Below, piece by piece: positions 52,249-59,545 of a DNA stretch of 64,000 nt. The stretch's first letter is position 1. Each line of letters begins with the position of its first letter. Both the position numbers and the translations under genes were made by a program. The stretch covers positions 10,204 through 74,203 of the IMG/VR virus record IMGVR_UViG_3300032331_002826, one strand, 5' to 3'. The notes beneath the pieces are model-generated. The model saw only the letters and a list, made by a program, of their open reading frames with translations, was not told where the DNA came from and made no database searches. This DNA comes from a virus.

Positions 52249-52260
52249 GTTATCTAAACT

Positions 52261-52338
52261 TGGTAGCTACGACTGGATTCGAACCAGCACTATTCTATTT
52301 TTGAGATAGACGACTCCTCCCAATTGGTCTACGTAGCC
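52261..52338 (-). tRNA. tRNA-Leu(CAA) with a short V-arm
   Basis: Loop CUCAAAA, A73, 5-nt variable region. Confidence 0.82.
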
Positions 52339-52348
52339 ATTAAAAATT

Positions 52349-52432
52349 TGGTCGGCATGATAGGACTTGCACCTACACCCCTTTCGGGACGAGCTTCTAA
52401 GACTCGCATGGCTTCTATTACATCACATGCCG
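52349..52432 (-). tRNA. tRNA-Leu(UAG)
   Basis: Long V-arm, loop CUUAGAA, T-loop UGCAAGU. Confidence 0.85.
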
Positions 52433-52435
52433 ATT

Positions 52436-52513
52436 TGGTGGCGACGACAGGATTCGAACCTGCACTACCGGAGTTCTCAACCCCGTGACTCCTTCCAGTT
52501 GGTCTACGTCACC
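52436..52513 (-). tRNA. tRNA-Leu(GAG) with a short V-arm
   Basis: Loop UUGAGAA, A73, 5-nt variable region. Confidence 0.82.
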
Positions 52514-52531
52514 ATATCAAAGATCAAAAAT

Positions 52532-52605
52532 TGGTCGGCCACGTCAGAATTGAACTGACTCTCTATGCTCCCAAAGCACACGTGCTACCGTAACACTTGT
52601 GACCG
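52532..52605 (-). tRNA. tRNA-Pro(UGG)
   Basis: CGGUCAC/GUGGCCG-A-CCA, loop UUUGGGA. Confidence 0.88.
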
Positions 52606-52612
52606 ATTAAAA

Positions 52613-52690
52613 TGGTCGGAGTGACAGGATTTGAACCTGCAACTTCTTGCTCCCAAAGCAAGCGCTCTAGCCAAGTTGAGCTACACTCCG
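52613..52690 (-). tRNA. tRNA-Pro(UGG)
   Basis: Canonical cloverleaf, loop UUUGGGA. Confidence 0.95.
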
Positions 52691-52699
52691 ATAATACTG

Positions 52700-52879
52700 T
52701 TACTCTACATTCAACAACTTCAAATACTTATTCTCAGGTTCAGGGAAGATACTGTCAGCAACCTTCTTGATTGCCATGTAGTAACTATACGTTGGAAACC
52801 TCTCCAACATCATCCTGTTTCTAAGGTACTCGAACTGTACCTCGTTGTCAACATCATTCTTCAAGTTGTAATCAGACAT
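52700..52879 (-). CDS. Small hypothetical protein (59 aa) within the tRNA array
   Basis: MSDYNLKNDVDNEVQFEYLR... fills the gap between two tRNAs exactly. Confidence 0.55.
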   Translation of the reverse strand: MSDYNLKNDVDNEVQFEYLRNRMMLERFPTYSYYMAIKKVADSIFPEPENKYLKLLNVE

Positions 52880-52897
52880 ATTTTCTTTTGTTAAAAA

Positions 52898-52973
52898 TGG
52901 TACGTGGGGAGGGACTCGAACCCCCGATAGGCACGGTGTAAACGTGCTACTTTGGCCACTAAGCTACCCACGC
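52898..52973 (-). tRNA. tRNA-Val(UAC)
   Basis: Loop UUUACAC, A73. Confidence 0.93.
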
Positions 52974-52990
52974 ATCTCAGTTGTTCATAC

Positions 52991-53018
52991 ATACTAACAC
53001 CAAATTTCAAATTGTCAA
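52991..53018 (-). promoter_or_regulatory. Sigma70-type promoter for the tRNA array
   Basis: TTGACA-N16-TAGTAT with an extended -10 TG. Confidence 0.7.
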
Positions 53019-53027
53019 GGAACTATG

Positions 53028-53064
53028 AAAAAGAAAAAACCGTTGGTTTTTAGACCAACGGTTT
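53028..53064 (-). terminator. Intrinsic terminator (possibly part of an attenuator)
   Basis: AAAACCGTTGGT/ACCAACGGTTTT stem plus a U-tract. Confidence 0.85.
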
Positions 53065-53092
53065 TGAAACTTACCTTCAACCGTCGATCCGT

Positions 53093-53167
53093 CTAGCCGA
53101 GGCTAGGTTGTGGGGCAGCACTTAGAAGTGCTGAGACCAAACTGGATGACGACAACTGAATGTTCAT
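53093..53167 (-). CDS. Putative leader peptide MNIQLSSSSLVSALLSAAPQPSLG
   Basis: 24-codon ORF just upstream of mutually exclusive hairpins. Confidence 0.4.
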   Translation of the reverse strand: MNIQLSSSSLVSALLSAAPQPSLG

Positions 53168-53190
53168 ACGACAATACATATCACGAAAAA

Positions 53191-54123
53191 TTAAAAACGT
53201 ACATTATTTTTGAACCAACTATATGTTTTTTCAAGACCGTCCTTCAAATTTGTTTTTGGCTTCCATCCCATAGAACAAATTCTGGACGAGTCCATTAGCT
53301 TACGAGGAGTTCCATCTGGCTTTGCTGTATCCCACACAACTTCACCTTCATATCCCACCACGTCTTTGACCAAATAAACTGCTTCTCGTATAGACAAATC
53401 AGATCCATACCCAACATTGATGTGAAGTGAACCATCATAGTTGTTCATTAAAAACAAACAAGCATCTGCCAAATCATCCACGTAAAGAAACTCTCTCAAC
53501 GGAGATCCAGTTCCCCAACAAACCACCTCCGGTTTGTTGTTTATTTTAGCTTCATGAAACTTACGAATCAATGCTGGCAACACATGTGAACTCGTCAAAT
53601 CAAAGTTGTCGTTGTCACCGTACAAATTACAAGGCATGGCAGAAATGTAGTTGCTTCCATACTGATGTTTGTATGACTGACACATCTTGATGCCTGCGAT
53701 CTTTGCGATGGCATAGGCATCGTTTGTTGGTTCAAGCAGTCCTGTGAGTAGATGTTCCTCTTTAATCGGCTGTGGAGCGAATTTAGGATAGATACAACTG
53801 CTTCCAAGAAACAACAACTTTTTCACGTTGTGAGTGTAACTCATGTGAATAAGATTATTTTGAATCTGCAAGTTGTTGTATATGAATTCTGCCTGTTTTG
53901 TACTGTTGGCAATAATTCCACCAACAGTAGCAGCAGCTACAAAAACATACTCTGGTTGAACTGTGTCAAAAAACTTTTCTACTTTGCTTTGATCTCTAAG
54001 ATCAAGATCTTGACTTGTGACACCCGACAAATTTGTGTATCCATTGTTTATCAATGTTCTCCAAATTGACGATCCAACCATACCACGATGTCCGGCGATA
54101 TAAATTTTCGAGTCTTTGTTCAT
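53191..54123 (-). CDS. fcl: GDP-L-fucose synthase
   Basis: [49 protein letters not shown]. Confidence 0.95.
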   Translation of the reverse strand: MNKDSKIYIAGHRGMVGSSIWRTLINNGYTNLSGVTSQDLDLRDQSKVEKFFDTVQPEYVFVAAATVGGIIANSTKQAEFIYNNLQIQNNLIHMSYTHNVKKLLFLGSSCIYPKFAPQPIKEEHLLTGLLEPTNDAYAIAKIAGIKMCQSYKHQYGSNYISAMPCNLYGDNDNFDLTSSHVLPALIRKFHEAKINNKPEVVCWGTGSPLREFLYVDDLADACLFLMNNYDGSLHINVGYGSDLSIREAVYLVKDVVGYEGEVVWDTAKPDGTPRKLMDSSRICSMGWKPKTNLKDGLEKTYSWFKNNVRF

Positions 54124-54773
54124 ATTTGACCATCTGAAGAAAATTCCAGATTACAATTAACTAGTTTGTTCTTGGCACAAAACACCTTCATATTGTTGAA
54201 ATTCAAATATAGCTGTGTATCGATTTGATATTCAAACGGTTTCATATGCATAATCTTTTTTGCACCAATCGGTGATAATAGAAATCCGTATAGACAATTC
54301 AGTTGTCCTTTTGGTATAACCAAATTGTCGGTATATGGTTCAAACCTACAATTTGATCCAACACAATATCCAAGGTAACATAAATCAAAATCTTCTGGCA
54401 ATTCATTTTGAATCAATTGAAGATCTGAATCAAACGTATCGGATATGGTTATGTCATCTTCAAAGATCAAATAGGTGTGTTGGTTTGTCTCAGCCTCACT
54501 ACACAACTTCATGTAACTGTATAATATGGCAAGAGATCCTGTGTTAAAATGTATGCCGTATTCGTTTTTTGGCGGATTGTGAATCCTATTAAAAGCATCA
54601 GTTGTGATGATGTCATGTGAACCATTTGAGTCAATTAGGTTTCCATCTACCGCAGTAAAAATCTTGTATGAGTTATTCAACCGATTTGATTTTGTAAACT
54701 CATTCTGTATGTGCAGTCGTCGATCTAAACGTCGTTGAAGATTCAACACATAAATTTTGTCTATTGATATCAT
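54120..54773 (-). CDS. GT25 glycosyltransferase
   Basis: YVLNL.RR.DRR, AVDG, LIFEDD, D..YLG, QIDT. Confidence 0.88.
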   Translation of the reverse strand: MISIDKIYVLNLQRRLDRRLHIQNEFTKSNRLNNSYKIFTAVDGNLIDSNGSHDIITTDAFNRIHNPPKNEYGIHFNTGSLAILYSYMKLCSEAETNQHTYLIFEDDITISDTFDSDLQLIQNELPEDFDLCYLGYCVGSNCRFEPYTDNLVIPKGQLNCLYGFLLSPIGAKKIMHMKPFEYQIDTQLYLNFNNMKVFCAKNKLVNCNLEFSSDGQI

Positions 54774-54803
54774 AACAAAAAAACCGCCCGTAGGCGGCGA
54801 TGT

Positions 54804-55049
54804 TTATCCGTTCAACTTTCCTTTTTCATGACAATTTCTACTCAACGATAAAATCTCATCAAGACTCTCTTTGACGCGAATTGGATGCTGTAGATTGTTT
54901 TTTGTGAAGATCAAACTGTGAACCACCGATGGTTCAATGTTGATTACCATATCAAGATTGATAAGGTTAGGAATGTATTTTCGATTGGTTGTATTCTCGG
55001 TTCCATCGTGACCCGGATCCAATACGTTTAGTTTAACGAAGTGCGCCAT
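54804..55049 (-). CDS. Small FlbD-like hypothetical protein
   Basis: FVKL...INLDMVINIE...IRVKESLDEI; start set at 55049 after a late-type motif. Confidence 0.55.
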   Translation of the reverse strand: MAHFVKLNVLDPGHDGTENTTNRKYIPNLINLDMVINIEPSVVHSLIFTKNNLQHPIRVKESLDEILSLSRNCHEKGKLNG

Positions 55050-55070
55050 ATTTTGTGTATATAAATGATT

Positions 55071-55103
55071 AACCGGCACCAACTGTAACATTGGTGCCGG
55101 TTT
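55071..55103 (-). terminator. Hairpin terminator after the OMP gene
   Basis: AACCGGCACCAA/TTGGTGCCGGTT. Confidence 0.65.
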
Positions 55104-55126
55104 ATGTCAACTGATTTTTAGTTCAA

Positions 55127-55825
55127 TTAGAACGTGAACTTAACTCCGGCAGAATATACAACCGTACCGGCGAACTCACGGGTAGCAAAGTTGTAGTCCT
55201 TCGTCTTGAAGTCGTTATCAAACCAACCAACTTCAGCATAAGGAGTCACCGTACCAATACGAGTAACAAAGGAACGAGCCAACGTACCCTTAACCTGAAG
55301 CGTTTCATAGTTGTTGACATAACCATACTCGACTGCTGGAGTTACGGTAACTCCATAGAACAACTTCTGTGTGCGATATGCACCGACAAACACACCGTTC
55401 TGATGCAAATCAATGTCGAATGCACCACGAACATATGGCGTCACGTATGGATTGGCCAAAGCGAGCTTGGTCCCAAACTCAGTAGAGTTAGGAATTCCCG
55501 CAATACCGCTTTGGTGACGAGTGACATCGCCGGTCAAACGAATTGAGAAGTCCTTGTTAAGTTCAACACTCTTGCCTGCACCAAGCACCCAGTGACTCTG
55601 GTCGAGTCCGCTGTTTGGCAACAGTGTACCGCCGAGATACACATCTCCAACGCCAAATGACTTGATAGCACCAACTGTCAAAGCTGGGGTATTGTCAGCA
55701 CGGGATACTCCGTTTACAATGTAATGGTTGTTATAGCCGGCATCAACGGAGATATTAGCAACATCAGCTGCGTTGATAGAGACGACAGCAATAAGAGCTG
55801 CCCACAATACTAGTAGTTTCTTCAT
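55127..55825 (-). CDS. Outer-membrane beta-barrel protein
   Basis: Signal peptide MKKLLVLWAALIAVVSINA, amphipathic strands, C-terminal BAM-type motif YSAGVKFTF. Confidence 0.8.
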   Translation of the reverse strand: MKKLLVLWAALIAVVSINAADVANISVDAGYNNHYIVNGVSRADNTPALTVGAIKSFGVGDVYLGGTLLPNSGLDQSHWVLGAGKSVELNKDFSIRLTGDVTRHQSGIAGIPNSTEFGTKLALANPYVTPYVRGAFDIDLHQNGVFVGAYRTQKLFYGVTVTPAVEYGYVNNYETLQVKGTLARSFVTRIGTVTPYAEVGWFDNDFKTKDYNFATREFAGTVVYSAGVKFTF

Positions 55826-55932
55826 ATTTAATTTTTTCTTTATTTTAGGTTTACCAAATCCATCGACACTCGTCGAATTCATTGTCGTTCGACCGGTCAG
55901 AAAAAATCCGAATCGAACATTAGTGAGTCATA

Positions 55933-55961
55933 ACTTTATCTCAAAACCATGATATTGTCAA
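55933..55961 (-). promoter_or_regulatory. Sigma70-type promoter of the OMP gene
   Basis: TTGACA-N17-TAAAGT. Confidence 0.6.
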
Positions 55962-56016
55962 TGATTTTAATTGGAAACAATACATAGTGTGTTTCTTTTT
56001 ATAACATCAATCATTT

Positions 56017-56850
56017 TTAGGAGGTTATCATAACCAAATTGTTTGTAGTATATTTATCTATTGAAGAATGACATGGAAGCAAACTGTTTTTTTGAAAATC
56101 TGATATCGACATCGGATTGCCATTGATAAAAAACGGTTCGAGATTTCTGAAGTCAATGACCTCAAAATTCTCAATTAACATTTCATTGTATCTGGAATCA
56201 TTCATTGGAAATCTAAACTCCCCGTAAGAATAATAGAATCTCCAAAACCACTCCACCGGCGATTTCTCAGGATTGTACATCGTCAGATTCTTTGTTTTTA
56301 GAAACGATGCAAAAATGTTGACTTCGGAAGAATGGTATCGATCAATTCCTTCGTACATAAATTCTCCGCTAATATTTGCATCATACATTTCTTTGTATGT
56401 CTTTTGAAGGTTTACAGTTTTTCCACCAACTATATGATCTCCGATATGATACGGTCTATCTATAACCCAACTTATGTTGCTACCATACAACTTTTCTGGA
56501 TCTCCATTTTTTATCTTATCAACAAGATACTGTATGTTTGAAATTGACATGTCCGTTCTAATTCTGACACTGTACATCGAATTAGATAAAAGCATACCTC
56601 TATGTATTTGTAACGATTGATATGCGCTGCTCAGGTAATACGGATTGTTTTTCAGTTGTACGATTTCTGTGTCACAACTCAATACTATGCAGTCATACAA
56701 GTCGTAATGTTCCGGCTTTATTTTTGTAACGTCACATTTATACGTAGATAGAATTATCCTTCCGTGTTTTTTAAGTTCGGAAAGCATTGATGTGTGGGTG
56801 TAATCATACTTACCTGTTATTACAAATGTAAACTCATTGTTTGTATTCAT
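56017..56850 (-). CDS. WavE-like glycan biosynthesis protein
   Basis: IILST, Q....GM, VRIRTD, HIGDH..G, SE motifs. Confidence 0.55.
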   Translation of the reverse strand: MNTNNEFTFVITGKYDYTHTSMLSELKKHGRIILSTYKCDVTKIKPEHYDLYDCIVLSCDTEIVQLKNNPYYLSSAYQSLQIHRGMLLSNSMYSVRIRTDMSISNIQYLVDKIKNGDPEKLYGSNISWVIDRPYHIGDHIVGGKTVNLQKTYKEMYDANISGEFMYEGIDRYHSSEVNIFASFLKTKNLTMYNPEKSPVEWFWRFYYSYGEFRFPMNDSRYNEMLIENFEVIDFRNLEPFFINGNPMSISDFQKNSLLPCHSSIDKYTTNNLVMITS

Positions 56851-56907
56851 GTCAGAGATATATAGGTGCACAAAAAATGCCAGAGAACTTAATCTCTGGC
56901 ATTAAAT

Positions 56908-56991
56908 TGGTGGGTATGGAGGGAGTCGAACCCCCACGCCTTTCGGCGCAGCATTTTGAGTGCTGTATGTCTGCCATTCCATCACATACCC
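56908..56991 (-). tRNA. tRNA-Leu(CAA) with a long V-arm
   Basis: Loop CUCAAAA, canonical structure. Confidence 0.93.
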
Positions 56992-57020
56992 ATTAAAATT
57001 CAAAAGAACAACTAAAAATC

Positions 57021-57105
57021 TGCGGGTATTGAAAGATTCGAACTTTCAATGCGGATATAAAGTGACCTGTTATATTCCGCTACTACTCCAAGTAGACACA
57101 TACCC
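57021..57105 (-). ncRNA. tRNA-like RNA with an elongated anticodon arm
   Basis: GGGUAU/AUACCC acceptor, T-arm GAAAG UUCGAAU CUUUC, about 10-bp central arm, ends in GCA. Confidence 0.55.
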
Positions 57106-57112
57106 ATTAAAT

Positions 57113-57280
57113 TGTAGACCGTGGTGGGATTGGATCACCCACAACTAGTTTCAAGGCTGGTTAAGCTATATCTAGCACCCGTCTGATGGACACAATTTGA
57201 TTCAACTACACTTGGAAACCACTCCAAGTAACGTACTTCGTGCTACCCATCATCCGTATGTCTAATTCCATTACACAGTC
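57113..57280 (-). ncRNA. tRNA-like RNA with about 110 nt of structure replacing the anticodon arm
   Basis: GACUGUG/CACGGUC acceptor, Leu-type D-arm AUGGAAUUAGACAU, T-stem GUGGG/CCCAC. Confidence 0.6.
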
Positions 57281-57284
57281 AAAA

Positions 57285-57491
57285 TTATTTTGTCTTCTTA
57301 CGATTATGAATAAAAACATAACCTACAGTGGCCAAAACAAACACTCCAGAAGCATATGTGCTTGTTTCAGGAACAATACAATGTTCATATTTATCATCAC
57401 GATATTCGTCACGATGTTCGTCACGATGTTCGTCGCCTGCCAAGACAGTTAAAGATGAAACGGCAATTAAAAATGCAATCAAATATTTCAT
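57285..57491 (-). CDS. PEP-CTERM-type mini-protein
   Basis: Signal peptide, (DEHR)n repeats, then VPETSTY + TM helix + RKKTK. Confidence 0.75.
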   Translation of the reverse strand: MKYLIAFLIAVSSLTVLAGDEHRDEHRDEYRDDKYEHCIVPETSTYASGVFVLATVGYVFIHNRKKTK

Positions 57492-57692
57492 ATTGAATTA
57501 AGTGTTTTTGTTGGTTGTTGGTCAGGATAAACGTTTTTAATAAATTGAGTTACTCCACCGTATATTAAGGAAATTACTATAACATATAGAATCAACTCTG
57601 TCAAAAACATTTGTCGTCTGAACCTATTAATGTAATGTACTTGTTTTTGTTTCATACTAAGATTCTTGAATGCATCTACTAGGATTAAAAAA

Positions 57693-57786
57693 TGGTAGCC
57701 TCGCCCGGATTCGAACCGAGACTGCGCTCAAATCTAGAGCATATCAGAGGTATAAGCTCTGCATTCTACCATTAAATTACGAGGCT
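57693..57786 (-). tRNA. tRNA-Ile(UAU) with a long V-arm
   Basis: AGCCUCG/CGAGGCU-A-CCA, loop CUUAUAC, 24-nt variable region. Confidence 0.8.
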
Positions 57787-57797
57787 ATTATTAAAAT

Positions 57798-57884
57798 TGG
57801 TAGCGGGAGAGGGATTTGAACCCCCGAGGCACTAAGGCACCACGTTATGAGCGTGGCCAGATACCGGACTTCTGACATCCCGCA
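57798..57884 (-). tRNA. tRNA(CAU), atypical Met/fMet-like
   Basis: Loop CUCAUAA, U1-U72 mismatch, extended V-region. Confidence 0.75.
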
Positions 57885-58012
57885 GTCCATAAATTTTCAA
57901 AAAAACAGTGATTAGGTTAACCCCAACATCCATATGTTACGTTCTATATTTCGTCCACAAAGAATGCCTTCTTTGTATCTCCGATTTATATCTTTGTTGG
58001 CTAATCAAAAAT

Positions 58013-58086
58013 TGGTTGCGGGTGAAGGAATTGAACCTCCAGCTTCAGCTTATGAAACTGACGAGTTACCGTTACTCTAACCCGCA
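58013..58086 (-). tRNA. tRNA-Met(CAU), initiator-like
   Basis: UGCGGGU/ACCCGCA-A-CCA, A11-U24, loop UUCAUAA. Confidence 0.85.
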
Positions 58087-58106
58087 ATTGTAAAAGAACA
58101 AAAAAT

Positions 58107-58290
58107 TGGCCCGACTGTTTTTTTATTGAATCCTAATCCAGTCGGACGATTAGGATACCATGACTCATCCCCGCAACCAAGAAGTTTTTAAGAGACTTCC
58201 AACTCTAGGGGTGTTTTGGTTATATACCCTCCACCACCGGTTTCTTTAGCGCCCACAGTGGCAACCGGAAAGTTCCTGCTGAGCGTTTTG
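58107..58290 (-). ncRNA. Structured RNA ending in an H-type pseudoknot plus CCA
   Basis: S1 AUCCUAAUC/GAUUAGGAU, S2 CCGACUG/CAGUCGG, A-rich connecting loop. Confidence 0.55.
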
Positions 58291-58305
58291 ATTTTTCAAT
58301 CAAAT

Positions 58306-58380
58306 TGGTAGTCCGTAGGGGAATCGAACCCCTCTTACTGCCGTGAAAGGGCGGTGTCCTAGCCGATAGACGAACGGACC
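58306..58380 (-). tRNA. tRNA-Glu(UUC)
   Basis: Loop CUUUCAC, canonical structure. Confidence 0.93.
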
Positions 58381-58383
58381 ATT

Positions 58384-58491
58384 TTAAAGAACATCATTGT
58401 CACGATTTGACAAACCACAAAATCTACCCACCATCACAACAAAGACGGCGTATACTATCACTCCTATTGCCACATAAATAGTTGTAATCAT
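58384..58491 (-). CDS. Small single-TM peptide (35 aa)
   Basis: MITTIYVAIGVIVYAVFVVMVGRFCGLSNRDNDVL. Confidence 0.45.
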   Translation of the reverse strand: MITTIYVAIGVIVYAVFVVMVGRFCGLSNRDNDVL

Positions 58492-58504
58492 AAAATCTTG
58501 TTTA

Positions 58505-59346
58505 AAAGTGTTTGGCGTGAGATTACCGCCTTCACTGTTGACCTTCGGTTGTATTATACCCATCTTGCGGACAGGCTTCCCAACTTATCCACGATCACGA
58601 CCTTGCGGCCTATAACCGTATTCAACATGACTGCCTTTTTAGGGTTGTGGCTTTTCAACCTTAATCTAAGACTATTCAACCTTCATCCATCCGTCTGCCT
58701 TGCGAGCAGTTAAGTCTTGCGGACTCCGTTCAGACTCCAATCAACAACTAGTGTCTTGCGGACATTTCGTTGTCTGTGTTACCTTTCGGCCACAGAGTTA
58801 AGTCACTTTCATCTTAGACAAACAACGACTTTGCGTTTTAATATATGAATCGGATTTGCACCGACAACACATAGCGTACAAGGCTATTGCTCTACTGTTG
58901 AGCTATCATGCACCTAACAGTGACGTGCGTTGTTTGTCGTTTCATATCCTTTTGGGATACAATATGCGACACGCCACATGCGTTTCTCTTGCGGATACTT
59001 CACCGATTTTCAAGATTGTGTACTCAGTTGCCCATGTCCACTCTCTATCAATCTACATACGAGCATTTGATTGCGGTCTCACACCCGTATCTTTGGCTTA
59101 AATCTTATTCTTGACTGTTCCACTTGGGAATCAATAGTGCTCGTCGGTATCGTTAGTAGACAACTTACAGTGTTACCCTCAGTCATCATTTATTGATCCA
59201 GCTTCAGACATACTTCCACCTTTTGGATGAAAGTCACAGACTTTGTCAGTTGCTTGAGTGTCCTAGTTACCTAGGCGAGGGTCCGTTAGGGGACATCCTC
59301 TTTCATGAGTATTGCTACTCACTATCTTAAGGGAGTCAAGCCTCCC
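58505..59346 (-). ncRNA. Giant ornate ncRNA (GOLLD-like) with a nested tRNA; boundaries approximate
   Basis: About 840 nt with no minus-strand ORF, six CGCAAG hairpin loops, many stems, inside a tRNA array, upstream sigma70 promoters. Confidence 0.65.
58841..58912 (-). tRNA. tRNA-Thr(UGU)-like module nested in the giant RNA (no CCA)
   Basis: D GCUC/GAGC, anticodon arm AUAGC CUUGUAC GCUAU, T GUCGG UGCAAAU CCGAU, weak acceptor stem. Confidence 0.7.
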
Positions 59347-59452
59347 AAATCTTTTTACTACACTTACAAAGAACATTTGATGGATTCGGTTCCTAGTCAC
59401 TCTTTTAAGTTGATCTACAGTATCAACTCCATCCAAATCTTATCGTTCGTAC

Positions 59453-59481
59453 ATCTTACCACCGTATCTCGGTTGTGTCAA
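59453..59481 (-). promoter_or_regulatory. Sigma70-type promoter upstream of the giant RNA
   Basis: TTGACA-N17-TAAGAT with TG; a second one, TTGACA-N17-TAGGAT, lies at 59543-59571. Confidence 0.75.
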
Positions 59482-59545
59482 CAACTTTTTGAATCTTTTT
59501 TTGACTCGTTCGTTGTTGATATACGAACTTGATTGTGGATTTATC

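Noticed and set aside
57113-57280. tRNA with a group I intron
   Set aside because: The insert is too short and no P7 core is recognisable
57488-57655. 55-aa membrane ORF upstream of the PEP-CTERM gene
   Set aside because: It is plausible, but it contains a sigma70-like promoter and has no other support, so it is not listed as a feature
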